A stretch of 64,000 bases of DNA from Amphiscolops sp. MND2022. Taxonomy: Eukaryota. The notes under the pieces are model-generated. The model ran no database searches, was not told where the DNA came from, and was given only the letters and a program-made list of their open reading frames with translations. The translations under genes and the position numbers were made by a program. How positions within the stretch are numbered: position 1 is the stretch's first letter; every line of letters starts with the position of its first letter. Of the stretch, positions 51,016 to 64,000 are shown piece after piece. Location: assembly GCA_964187785.1 (NCBI GenBank), contig OZ076413.1, positions 49,478,001-49,542,000 of the forward strand, given 5' to 3'.

Positions 51016-52159
51016 AAGGAAAACTTCGAGTATAAAATTGAATTAGTTTATATCTCGAAAATAACAGTGAAACCGTTTATACTAATATGATATTCTTTTT
51101 CAGAAGAGAGCAAATTAAGAAGTGTGTCCTCTCTCGAAGGCACAGGTATTTATACCCCCGAAAGAGTGACACTCACATTTTTTACATTCTTTGACTAAGA
51201 CAATATCATATGACTGCATTTCTGATGGTCACGGGATGAACGTCATCCGTCCCAAATATTACACATCAAAGGAACAAACATTCAACCGCTAGCATCGTTT
51301 ACATATTTGACAAAATACTTCCATCGAACAGGTATTTGTTGATACAGGTACGCGTTCTTTAGCACGTGACAGCACAACAAACTTGTTTGATCTAAATACT
51401 TATCGTGGGTACAATGGCAAAAGGCCTATTAAGGCAATAACATCAAATTTCATGCAACAGGGTTATATTAAAGCAGAATCAGGCAACTATTTGTTAATAA
51501 CACAACAAAGTACTAAATAGCGCTTCAAATTGGTATTTCGTGATCAACAAAGCTTACTACTAAATAAATACTACTACACGAAATTAGCATCAATTACAAG
51601 CACTCCACTCATTGGAGACTAAATAGCCGGATTAGGCCGTTTGCCTGAACGGCATTAATAGCACACTCGTCCATATTGTACAAAGGCCGTAATTGGCAAA
51701 AGAGAATAAAACACTCGAAAATGAAGGCCTCTGATTGGCTAATTGGGTGTGCGCAAGCGGCGTTGGCAAGAAAGTACAGGAGTCCATTTGAACTCGTTTC
51801 CGTACTTTCTCTTAGTTGCTTGCTATAATCTTTGATTATTACTACATCGCATTGATAATACAACAATACAGCACAATCTATGTTAACAGACTAATATACG
51901 GTTGATATTCAAAACTAAGGTTAACTATAAATAATCAACAAGTGCAACGATTCTAAATTTGGTAACAAGGGAATACGTCCTGGTACGGCCCTTTTTGGTT
52001 ATTTTCTAAAATAATATGGCCACAAAATACATAAGCAATGTAAAAGTTTGAGAGAAAGTTCTAGTTTACTTTAAAAGGTAGGGAGAGTTCCTGGGGCCAC
52101 ATCCTGACCAACAGCCGTCGTTGTGATCCTTGTGCCGTCACAGGCGGCAGCCTGCGACA
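50434..52159 (-). repeat. 5' LTR (1726 bp) of element 1; TATAAATA at 51154-51147
   Basis: Direct repeat of 36125-37854; followed by PBS-like TGGTGACAGG. Confidence 0.97.
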
Positions 52160-54625
52160 GTTGTACAAATTATATTACGAATGACAAAATGTTGAGATCA
52201 AAAACAAAGAAGATATTACCTGAATCTTTGCTATCAATATTGCGACTAGGAACGTAAGTGCACAAAATGGCGGACACATTGTAGTATTTCAATTTTCTGA
52301 AATCAGTTTAAAGCGCTATGTGAGAACAGCCAATAAACACAAAGTTTTTCAGCTGGAAAACTGAATACTTTCAACAAGACGCCCGCTAAGGGATATTTTC
52401 CGCTACTAGAATAGTCAAGTAATTCTCAGACAGCTACGAATGCTAGGCTAGTGTTACTGGTCAAGTGAGGTGAAACTGGTAGGAGATTTGGCAGAATTTT
52501 GAAAAAAAAAACGCAACACAGATCATGATTTTCCTCCCCCATTTGTGTGGGCGGAAAATAACAATCGTTAATCAATATGAGAAAACTTTTAACAGTCATT
52601 GGCTTAATCCAAAAAAATGTATGTCTCAAACGTATGTGAAGCGTACGTAGCCCGCAGATTGGCGTTTCAGCCTCTCAATACTTCAAAATGTGCCCTCCTT
52701 TCGCTGCCACATCTTCGATGAGTATGTTTCGAATAGACAGTTCTCTGACAAAATACAAGTTATGACGTCAGGAATCTTTAATCACGTTTTCAATTTCGGA
52801 ACATCATCATATGGTCTTCCTTCATTGTATGACTTTCTGACTGGCGCTGCCTAAAGACTTTCTATCGGATTGCTCATCAGATAATGTAACTTTTTCACGT
52901 CTAGAATCAGAAAAGATTTCTTATCCCCAGATTATTCTGTATTACTTTCCCATGCTTGGTAAATGTCGTTTTTTTTGTTGCTTTTTAAATATTGAAATCC
53001 TTTTTTAAGTCCGAAAACTCCAAACAGCTCCGACCAATTGCTATTCCTTTGTCTGTTAAGTTTGTCGCATGCTCTAGCAAACTAGATTTTCGCTTGTTAC
53101 AACTCTGACTGCACTGCACAACGTTCCGGGATTTCGTTCCTGAATGGAAACGTCCATTTTTCGATTTGCACAAAATACGGTTTCAACCACACTGTCGTAA
53201 CCGTCATCATCCCTTTGATTAGAATCTACTGAATTCTCTCTACAGTGATTTATTCGGTCAGTTCTCATCGTTACTAACGTGGTAAAATCATTCTGAACAT
53301 CCTCAGCCACGTGGCTGACGTTTTCTGGATACAGTCTGTTTGACTGAAAGTCCTTCTGAGGAAGTACTTGACTCAAATTATTCGGATGCAGTCCATCTGA
53401 CCGAAGGTCCAATCTTGTGTTTTTAGCAGAATTTTGGCTTTTGACAGCGTTTTTAATGCTGGGAAGCACTTTAGTCTCAATTGCAGCATTATTAACGTCT
53501 AATATCTGAGAGTTTAAGTTTGTTTGTATTTCTTCAAACTTCTTAGACATTTGTGACGAAATTTCCGAACTGATAGCCCTACTAGTTTCCACAGTCAAAC
53601 TATTCTCACTGAGATTGGTATTCAAGTAAGACCTGTAGTCATTTTCATTCTGATTAAAACCTTCTTCTCGTCTGTCTGATCTTTCATGCACGTTATTTCC
53701 ATTTTGCGATTCCCTATTATCTCTTTGGTAACTTCCTAACATTACATCGAGATTTTCTACATCAGACATCACGTCAGATTGTCTGCAACGTTTCTCTTTT
53801 GCCTTCTGCTTTCTAGTTGAAGGTATATTCAAGAAAGAAAATTGATTTCAACAGTGAATTATCAGGAATAACAAAATGAACAGTTTTGTGTATTCCAAGT
53901 AGATAGCGTTATCAATCAATGAATCCTCTTATCACAAGTTCCACGCATATATAGTTGAGACTGCATGACACGCAAAATTTTGCGTGGCGTGGCCTAAATT
54001 TAGGGTGGTATCATTCTAAAAATAGCCTCGGTTCCACTATTAGGTCATTGGTTCTAAAAATAAACTGGGGGGGGGGGGCTAGACGTTACGTCACTTAAGT
54101 AGGTGAGATACAAATAGCATCAAACAAACAGTGTGTAACTCTACATGTATCTAGTTTTGGGTTGAAAGCAACATTTCATATAGCGGCATCATCAATATTC
54201 ACTAAATTTCCAAATCTGACCGTGCGTCACTGTGACTGCAGTAAATAACTGGTACTGCAATATGATTGGTCGACAGCTATCTGGGACCACGCGTCAACTC
54301 GACTGCAGTAATGTGCGAGTTGAGTACTCTCCAAAGATAGCGTTTAAAAGCACTATTTAAACACCATTTGACAGCACTTGAGTTAATTTGCTAAGGTTCA
54401 TATTGGTAACTGAGTAACTTATTTTAAGTCCAGATTAATTGTGTACAATTGCATTAATGAGAAATTCCAAATAATATTGTATCAGTAGTAGCTTCAAAAT
54501 GCAGGTACTATTTGTATGCGGTCAATTTGACCTTAGGTCGAGAATAACTATGAGGGATTTACAATCTTAACATTAACAATTTGGTCCAGTTACATGAACT
54601 GAGCACTAATTTAGCAAGATGAATA

Positions 54626-55480
54626 CTAATTGATTGTTCTAGAGTTTGTTTTAAATGGGTAATACTCCCATGGTGCTAGTTGTGTCTCATTACCTTCCGG
54701 CATCATTTGGTATAGGACGCTGTCGCAAGCGGCAGCTTGCGACATTCTCCCCGGGACGAGTATGAAAGACCCCGTTTTCATTCCAGCTTGGATGGCATCG
54801 CGTCTCGCAATCCGTTGGTCGTAGGTGGTTTCTCCAGCAATGTGCGTTTCTTCGAGGTATCCCAGCGTTATTTCTTTCTTGATGTCAGCAAACGTTTTAC
54901 CACAGATTACGCAACCAGTGTGGAACGTCTCGTTTGATAGGCCACAGCTGCCACTGATGCTAATTCCCAGACCCGTGATGTGGGAGTTGCCATACCATGA
55001 ATCTGCGGAGTCATCTTTGCGCAATGTGTGGTTAACGTCATTAGTGGGTCTTTGGTCTTCTAACAGAGGTCACCATGGTGAGTCTCGTATTGGATTCAGT
55101 TGGCCACATTGCGCTATTGGGTGGTTATTCATGCTGGAATCGTAAGGAGTTCTTGGCGGACCACCAGCGCACCATTCAAGTAAGTCTTTGGATGGGTCCG
55201 TAAAAGTGCTGATTGACTCGATTAGATCTTCGTCTGGCAGGTTGAGGTCAATTAAGTAGTGTGTTAACTCTGTTGTCATAGCCCGACCAGCAACGAGTTG
55301 GGGAAAGAACGGCATATTCTCACGATAACGAGCGAGAACTTGTATATCGTCGTCAGAATCTTGATTATCGAAACCATCAGCATTAGACACTGAGTCGGCT
55401 TCCATTTCCTCTTCGGAAGACTGGTAAAAAAGGCTCATTAGTTGCCTATGGTGTTCCTCCAGAGAAAATTGTAAAGACAT
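54626..55480 (-). pseudogene. ORF3 homologue of element 2 with an in-frame TGA at 55072-55070
   Basis: ORFs 55070-55543 and 54626-55024 are in the same frame; DDDIQVL, AGRAMTT, GCVICGKTFADIK, MSQAAACD. Confidence 0.75.
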
Positions 55481-57034
55481 TTTCTTGAAAAAACGTTGAA
55501 TAAAAAGTTTTTTTTTGGAATTTTGATTTGAGTTTTGGTGCAACTGATTCAGAGTGGTTTTTAGGTGAAGAATGATGAGATGTAGTCAAACTGACAGTAA
55601 GTCTGATCTCGTTTTCGCGGGAGTGAGTGAGCGGGAAACTTACCAACATCTCTCCCAACTATTCCTTTTTTAGGCTTCAATTTGACTGAATGGTCTTCAA
55701 CAATTCAGATTTTACGGTTGGTGTTAGTATATTAATTGCCACTTGAGTTGAGTTTACTCTCCTTTTCACAGGCACCTCATCGTCACATTAAGAGATGTTG
55801 GTGGTAACTCTCTGTAAACCAACAGCATCAAAGACCTTCAGTCAGACCGACTGCAGTGTTAGGCCTGACCAATCAGGTTGCTGTGACGGGTATGAAAGAA
55901 ACATGAATGAGTATAAGTGAAATGATGGGACGAAAACTAGATATAGTAAATCAGCTAATCCCTATGAAATGGTATTTGAGATGATGATTGGAATTAAGGT
56001 CATAAGTGATATAATGGGAGTGATGATTAGTTTCGAGAGTAAATGGGAATTACGAAATTCTTGAATAGGTACCTCACCGGCCAATTCAGTCCCCTAGACT
56101 TAATCAAACGGCAAAAATTGGCAATCATTTGAAATTGTAGGATAACTAATGTTAATTTTCATCAAGCCACGACTCTCTTTTAGGTTAACCAAGTAATACC
56201 GGCACAAGAAGTAGAGTGACTTAAAAAGTCGGTCGGGGAAGTCAGTAAGCAAATGTTCAGTAGTTTTGTGGTAAGTGCTTCAAAGCTCATTAATTTATTA
56301 GCGGTACAGCAGTGTGTATAGCCTTAGTGACGTCATTTACTGGTGTTATTGTATTAGAGGTAGAGTACATGTATTTGTTTGCAGTCAAGTGGACTTTCGG
56401 TCCCATTATTTTGATTCAGCAAGGTAAGTGATACATTGCAGTCGTTTGCACACGTGACCTGATAAAGTAAATAGTGACGTCCTTATTAGTGCTGGAGTGC
56501 GTTCGTTTGCAAGCGAATTTCCTTCTATATACAGTTGCGTTCCGAGTTACTTTAATTAGCATTGTGAATCTGCATACTTGCATCAATCACAATTGATTGA
56601 TTTTCCCTTGCTCTTCCTAGTTATTTTGTTCATCAAGCAGTATCACTTGAGCTGTATCTAACTTTCCGGAGTTTACTGCAGTCTCTGTGACCTTGAGTGT
56701 TCAAAGTAGCAATTTTAGCCCGTTTTCATTGTAGTCCATTTGACCTTACGTCAGTCACGATACTTTTCTTCACTTTGAAATTACTTGTGGGACTGGAATT
56801 TTGACAGTGGACTTGCCTGTGTCGTGTTATTGTGGGTTGTTACATCCAAAGCAATAATTAGCAGTTCTTCGAGGGCGTGAAATCAGATCTTCCGTCATGT
56901 TGGTTCTTTAAAGTGTTAAAATCAAGTTTATCAGGGCTTACATTCAACTAACTTATTTCCTCCATCGTGAAAACATCGTGTGATGTATGAATTGTTCTGA
57001 ACTACTTCCGGAAGTGTTTTTCAATTGCGGCGAG

Positions 57035-60000
57035 ATTGATACTTTTTCAGGAAATGAACCGCGATTATTCATTTCTTTTCATTTAGATAATGAAACAAAC
57101 GGCCATACAGCCCAAGAGTCAGCTGAAGCTATGGATACAACTCCTGTCCAAATACCCAACACTGAGCAACAAGGTCCCTCCTCAGACTTGGAAATTGAAG
57201 TAGTGGAGATTACTTCAAGTCCTGATCATGCAGATGCGCCTAGAACACCGCTTCAGGGGGAAATTCCTGAGCGGGAGCCAATTCCCCCGACTAAGTTGCT
57301 ACTAGCCCAAATTTGCAAAAGGGGAGGCTTTTCTTTCAGTAGCAGTGGATCAGATGAGAGCTGTAAAATGTACTTTACGAAGAAACTTGAAGCCTTAGAA
57401 GCCATATAGACTGAACCTCTCGACATACCTTCCCACGTAGCCGTGAAGCAGAGTGACAGTGAGAAAATTGAGATAAGACCCGTAGTCAATTCACCTTCTA
57501 ACCCAGTCGTGACCTCCAGTCGTAGTCCTTTTATACACGTGTTGACTTCGCCACATCTCACTCTCCAATCCAGTCTAAGAGGAGTGTGTCAATTGGGAGA
57601 AAAGAAGAAACAGGGCGTTTCAATTGCAGACGCTCCTATCCATTTCGAGTTTGCACCAGCTAGAGAGCAACAGTCTCTCAGTGGAACAAAAGACTACAGT
57701 CAAGATGACGCTCGGTCTTACCTCCTACAGGCCAGGGATTTTCAACAGACGCCAGAATGCAGTACCGGATCTGAACGGCCAGCCGATAGTGACGCTGAAT
57801 CAGGTCACCAGCAAAGATCCACCTTGGAGGATGCATTGGCTGCACCCACCTGTGGTTTCAGCACTTTTACATTTGAAGTCCCAACCTCGTCTGTGGACAA
57901 TGGAGACGTAACTGCAACTAACCAGCCTGCCCGACTTTCTATCAGTAGTCGCGAACTTATACGCAAATGTTTCCGTGCAACTACTTCAATCCGGCTGCCT
58001 CAGGGTTACTCAGTGATTGCGCTGAATCAGGAACAGGTTAATTGCATTTGAAGGCGGTGGCTGATGAGACAGCTAAAGCCTCATTTGACATGGTGAATAG
58101 TGTAGTCACTCGGGCTAGTCAACTCAGTCGGGGAGGTACCGGAGGAAAGTCCAAACAGCAAATGCACCGACCGTTCTCAACGTATTCTGCTACTTCAGCG
58201 TCTGACACTGATTTCATCTCCGATGGTGAAACGACATTTACTCGGAGTGAAACCACCAGAGGACGACAAGGTGACGACGACTTTTGGAGCGGTGAACCAC
58301 CTCGTGAACCTTCCATCGAACCATCCTTCTCAGTCCTCTTGCCTAATCTTCCAATTCCAGGTTGCAATCAAGATGACCCTAGGTCTCTGTGAGAATTTGG
58401 TCAACGAGACAGCCCTGGCGCACAAACTCTAGCTGAGTTAAAACGTGAATCTGTACGGGTCAAGAAAGTGAAGCAGCGACGAGGAGGAGCGAAGTATAAA
58501 ACTGGCAAATCACGGAAGGCAGTTACTAGATCCAAGAAAATAACGAGGGAAGAGTTGTTCGAGGGCATGACATGGACACGCACTTTTGTATCCGGTCCCA
58601 TTGACCCTAAGTGGAACCCCTACAAATTTTATTGTCAAATTTGTGAGGGCAATATTTCCATTTATGGCCGAGGAGCGAAAGAAATTCTGCGACACCACGC
58701 TGAGCGCCACCTGCGAAAAGATCACCGTTGGCGCTACGAACACTTGTCAGTCGAAGATCCTGTAGCTGGGACCATCCGTCATCATGTCAGAGGCACAGAC
58801 GGGAAGCTGCTTACCCCTTATCAACTTGAGATGGAAAACCCCAAGTTTAAGGGAGCAGAACTTGTGGACATGGGCGAGAAGTTTTCCTTTTTTGATGAAT
58901 TTATGGCAGGCAACACACACATGACATCATCTTCTGAAAGCAGAGTCAGGATCCAAATCTCGATCTTGGGACATTTCCTACCCGCATTTGGTAACATCGG
59001 GTCTCTCAGGAGTTTGTGGACGGACGTGGGAGTGGTCGTCAACCATTAAGTTCTTTTTGCAGACTTCAATTGAGGAAAAGAAAGACTCATGGTTAGATGT
59101 GATTTTGTACCGTCTTCTTTGATTCGAGCATCTTGAGTAGTTTGAGTAGTTTATTCAGAAGGTATTTTACAGGGTAAGGTGAAGAACTACAGATATAATA
59201 TCCTGTGGTATAGGTTGTGGTTTCCTTCTTCATACATTCCCACAATTGACCCTTTTCATTTTCCTTTTCAGTTGCTCTTCCATCATATCTTCGTTCAACT
59301 GCTCAACGATATCGGCAACTATGTGGTGGCCAAGGGACAGTATGCCATTGAGTTCCAGCAAAAAGGGGTCTTTCTATTTATTTACTTGCGCTTTTGGCGA
59401 GATGAGCAGCTTTGCCGAGTTTTTTTGAAGCAGACCGGACGAGTGGTTGGACAGACCGGAGCTGAATTGAGTCTACTTTCCAGTGTGTTGGCTGCCATTT
59501 CTACACATCCCAATTTGGTCTGCTGTAACGAAGGGTCGTTTGATCTCATTCAGGTGCTTGACGTTTTTACTCTCTTTCCCTTAGGAAACCAATCTCCCAT
59601 GCGCTTTGATGACCTTCGCCTCGCCAAATTGATGCACAAACAAATTACAGTGTCTTCGGTCGGATCGACTTTTTCTCCGTCCTAAAGTATTTGGTCGTCT
59701 CACTTGGAGGAAGCCTGGACATGGATTGTGTCTTACTCGCGCCTGAAATTTTTAAAGTAAGTAGACCACTAGTCGACTCCAGGGTATTTTACCTTTAGAG
59801 GTTTTTACAAAATAACGTTTTCCTAGGCTATAAGAAGTTGCCAATTGGACATATCAGAACTCCACATGTTGTGTCAGGAACGGCTCACAAATTGGAAGTC
59901 CATCGTTGATTTCCTCTCTTCATTTTCGCTTCCTCAAGGGAATCAAGGAGTCAAAAACCAGGTAACTCATCTTGCCCGATTGTCCTTCAGTCAATGAATT

Positions 60001-60930
60001 ATGTGTTATTAATATTAAAACTACCCGTTTCTTTTTCAGCCCCAAAATTTGGAATGGTCTGTTATTTGTGATGAATTGTTCACTTGACGATTGGATCTCT
60101 TCCGTAATTGTTAGTGCTTTGATCTCTTTTTCTCGTAGACGAAAACAATTTGCATATTTTAAAGTTTTGTTGCTTAGATGCCAATTGCTTCTCAATCAGC
60201 CTTTCTGGTCGCCGGGATCGCGGGTTCTATCTGTATCGTCAATTATGTCAGTAATTATTCAAGTTGGCTCGCAGGTGCTCTAGTCCAAAAGATCTTCCTT
60301 CAGACAGTGATTGGCCTGATATTCTTGATTTTGACCTAAAGACCACCACAGCTTTGACAGTAACAGACTTTATTGCCCGATCCAAGCTAGACCCTAAGTT
60401 AAAGGTAGCGTGCGAAATCCGTGCCGATCGGGACAAACAGGACGAGAAAAATAAAAGCGTTGACTGCAGAGATACTCATCAATAGAAACAAAGAAGAATT
60501 CGAAAGATCTGCTCGAAGTTTTGTTACTTATCTCTTCAATACTGTACAGAAGCTGAAGCTGCCTTTCAGTGACATTGTGAAAGGCCTTGGATCGTTTGAC
60601 CTGGAGACCTTACTTACTGGGCGAATTTGGCATGCAATGTACTGATTCTCCCAGGTGTTTTTACGTTTCCGACTACGTGGTTATTTTGAGGTAGAACAGG
60701 AGAGTCTTTGCAGAGAAGAGTCTCAATCTTTTTTTGACGAATTACCGCATTCTTGTCTCGGACTTGTTCAACCCACACTGCTGGTGAAAGATTCTGTTAG
60801 GTTCCTTGGAGAACAGTCTGCCCTCAAGAGTCGTCCTTTGCTTCTTTCGTCTTTCTTGTCTTTGTTTGGACGAACCTTTAGAGACGCTCCCGGCTATCAC
60901 GTTTGGCTTCGTCACAAACGTCACACACAG
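57035..60930 (+). pseudogene. Antisense spliced zinc-finger/hAT-like gene of element 2, decayed and 3'-truncated
   Basis: WTRTFVSGPIDPKWNPYKFYCQICEGNISIYGRGAKEILRHH; introns 59092-59271, 59757-59826, 59962-60039 and an acceptor at 60177. Confidence 0.85.
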
Positions 60931-63900
60931 TAATGCCGGTAACGCCGGTAACGTGGATCTTGTTGTAATATTGTTTCTGAATTCTTCTTTCTGTAGTTTG
61001 AGGCGTAGTTGTTGTAAGATGATGTCATTCTGTTGTTCGATAGCCATGGTGTTTGATTTTGCTAGTTTCTGTGAGGTTGAAGTTTGGAGGTACGTACTAT
61101 TGCGTGTACTTAATTTATCTAACTAAATGTCAGGAAGTTGATTTGTTGTTCTTCGGTTTCTTCGTCATCGTCTTTGTAGAATATCTGGTTCTCACTCTTC
61201 AGTGACTCATGCTGATTGGACGTTGAGTTCAATAGGCGTCGTTGGGATGTCTTCCCGTATGCGGAGTATGAGTTATTCTTTAGGACAGATCTCTAGACGC
61301 GACCGATAGTCAGCTGCAGTATTGTTTTTGCCAGGTATATGGGCGATAGTGAGGTTACATTGGATAACGTAATCACACGCATTCCACAGTGTTGTTGGAA
61401 TACATTTTGTTTGCAAAAAAGCGAGTAACCGACTTGTTGTCTGTTAAGATTATCACCGGTTTCGGGGTCCCCCAAAAGATATGTCCGAATTCTTTAAACG
61501 CAAAGAATATCGCTAGGAACTATTTACCGTAAATGGACATTTTTAATTGAGCGGGACTAAAGTTCTTGGATCCATATGCTACAGGTGCGAAGGCTTTTTG
61601 CGTTGAAGTTTATTTTTCTATTGGATCATCTTTGATGAGAACTGCGTAACCTGCTGCCGAAAAACTAGCGTCTGTCATCAGGGCTATGTTTATTGGGCAG
61701 AGGTTGTTTGAGTGCAAGTTCACACCATCGGTCAAGATATTTGTTGATCTCGGTGAATTGTTCTAACAGATCGGGTGTCACCATGACTTTGGCATGATTT
61801 TTCAGTAATTTGAAGAATGGTGTGAGTTTCTCTGAGAGCCTTGGGATGCAGTTACGGTAGTAGTTTAGGAAGCCCGAGTATCTTTGGAGTGCTTTTTTGG
61901 ATTTCGGAAATTTGGTTTTCTCTAAGAAATTTTGGACATTGGGTTGTTGTGGCCGCACTCCTTCAGGAGTGATAGTACGCCCTAGGAAATCAATTTCTTT
62001 GGCCCCGAAGTGGCATTTGTGCATCGTTAATTTGAGACCCGCGGTCCGAATGCACTGGAACGTTGCTCGAAGATTGTTAATGAGCTGGGTAGCGTCGTTT
62101 GCTGCAATTCCAATATCATCTATATACTGTGCTCATTGATCGGACTTGATGACTTTATCGAGATAATTGCGCATAAAGCTCGAAAAGGCTGACAGGGCTC
62201 TACTTAGACCTTGCGCAAGTCTGCGGTAGGCAAATGCTCTGCTTGCAAAATTGAAGGCCAGCATCTCAATTGACCTTTGGTCAGCCATTTGGAGACAATG
62301 ATATGCCTGCGAACAATCTAGTTTGCAGAATAGTCGTTTGCCTGCCATATGCTGCGCAGCGTTTGTTAACGTGCTGACAGGATGATTATTGTTAATATAG
62401 TCATCAGATATTAAGTTGTTGATTTTTCGAAGGTCGACCAGAAGTCTTAATTTGCCGTTGGGTTTTTTTTTCTGGTCAAAAATTGGACTTGCGTATTTGG
62501 AAAACGTGAGTTTTGTTATAATCCCATATCGGTGTAACAGAGCCAGCTCATAAAGCATATTTTCTTTGAGGTTAATTTGCGTCGGTAAGCCCTGACTATA
62601 GGCTGGAGAGTCATCTTCGGGTGTCAGGTTGACCTTGAAGTCTTCATTCATGCCTATATCGTTCAACGAGCAGTTCTTCAATTTGTGTAATTTCAGTTGG
62701 ATTCAAGGTCGAGTCTGTCCAATCGAAGTTCGCAAGAAATTGCTTCTTGAACTCAGGGTCATCTTGAGGATTGAGTTTTTCCAATTCCTGGAGGCTATGT
62801 AAATCCTTCAAGATTCGTTGCTGAATTGGTGTGTGGGTTTCAGCGTCTCCAGAGTCTTCTGGAGTAGGGAACAAGTAGATCTTTTTGTCTTCTTCAGTCT
62901 TGGCGGATTTGATCAAACTGCTGGCATAGTAGGCAGCATTTTCTGGTGGATTAACTTGTAAAAGGTGTCATGTGGTCACCAGGTCAATGGGCTTGACATA
63001 TTTCATCTGCTCTGGTGTCAGGACAGAGAAATTGGCAATGTGCGAACCCTGCTTGAGGGTATACGGTTGGTCAGTGAAGTTATTTACTGAATTGTAACCT
63101 GACCTTGGGTCAGTGTGTTTAGAGCAGCACAAAAGGCAATATCGCCATTTTCTGTGAGGGCGTTGCTTGGTTGGAGAATCCCAGTGACATTAGAGTCCTC
63201 ATACATCTGGGAATGCATAGAGACCATGTGTCTGTCATATAGAGGAATAGTAATGATTTCCCGTGTGGTAATGGGTTCCATTACACTAGTGTACTTGTGG
63301 TCCGCTGTTTTTAATTGCATGGAAAAAATGGGAAGTTTAAGACTCCCTGTCGCATGTCCAGTATAGTATTGTTCTGTTGCAGGAATGAGAGGCCAATTAA
63401 CGGACTGGTAAGTTTTTCCATGACTATGAAGATCTCATGAAAGTCGATGTCCCCGACCTCAATTTGATTTCGACAGTTCTCTTTGGATTTTCCAGCTGTC
63501 CGTTAGCAACCATTATTTGGAAGTTTGGAGCTGGGCCCTCTTTTATAATTGACTGAGGGGCTAGCACATAGATTTTACGTCGATCAGTTTCAGGGATAGC
63601 GGTAGATAGGGTTCCCGTGTCTACAAGGCCATCTGAGGTTAGTTTGCCAAAATCCATTGGAAGGTAGAGCATGCGTCTCTTGGATTTCAGTCCTAAATTT
63701 GTTGTGAGAGGGACGTAGCTGGGTTCACCATTTCTTGAGACCAGCGTGTTGACAAATCGTTCTTCCACTGTTGCGGTCAATGTGACCGAGGGTCCAACTC
63801 GGGAAATATCTTCCTTTTGGTTCCTCATGGAAGTTTTGCCATATGTTTTGCCTAGGGTCAACAAAGGCTTAAGATAAGTTTGTATTCAGGTTTCGATCGA

Positions 63901-64000
63901 TTTCAGATGAATCGGATTCCCTTTCGGTTGTGGTTTTGGTGTAGTTGCTGTGGAAATGTAAATTATGTTGGTTGTAGATGTAAATGTCCCAGTAGGGATC
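60931..64000 (-). pseudogene. pol: Pol of element 2 (PR, dUTPase-like spacer, RT, RNase H); integrase deleted
   Basis: LVDTGT, KLRLLVDLRKIN, YIDDIG, MTDAS; strongly similar to element 1 pol. Confidence 0.92.

Larger units (their letters stand above)
36125..52159 (-). mobile_element. Large (16,035 bp) recent Ty3/Gypsy LTR retrotransposon with an antisense spliced accessory gene and a third ORF (element 1)
   Basis: LTRs 36125-37854 and 50434-52159, TG...CA termini, TSD GTTGT (36120-36124, 52160-52164), PR-RT-RH-IN order. Confidence 0.97.
53193..64000 (-). mobile_element. Second, older, divergent member of the same Gypsy group (element 2): 3' LTR 53193-54744, ORF3, antisense spliced gene, pol; continues beyond the window
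   Basis: Same gene order as element 1; LTR termini TGTCGCAA...TTACGACA inferred by homology; many stops and frameshifts. Confidence 0.9.

Overview
Eukaryotic, AT-rich, intron-containing animal DNA, probably from an invertebrate; the species cannot be assigned from sequence alone. Bases 1-10.6 kb hold the last five coding exons of a COE/EBF (collier/knot) transcription-factor gene on +. The remainder is transposon-dense: Helentron/HINE-like non-autonomous repeats, two decayed CR1/L2-type LINEs, a decayed Tc1/IS630-type DD34E transposon, a solo LTR, three long hairpins in about 1 kb, a decayed short-LTR Gypsy element, and two large related Ty3/Gypsy elements. The best-preserved large element (36125-52159, 16 kb, about 99.5% identical 1.7-kb LTRs, GTTGT target-site duplication) is unusual in four ways. 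(i) gag starts about 590 nt inside the LTR and reads through the LTR/PBS junction. (ii) Antisense to gag-pol it carries a five-exon spliced gene of about 1290 aa with a BED/hAT-type zinc finger and hAT-transposase-like segments. (iii) A third, non-env sense ORF with a SIM-like motif and a CxxC motif runs into the 3' LTR. (iv) The LTR 5' terminus is a hairpin with a compensatory substitution. A divergent second element (53193 to the window end) has the same gene order and intron positions, so this looks like a family-level system rather than a one-off capture. Protein-family calls come from motif recognition by eye, not database searches.
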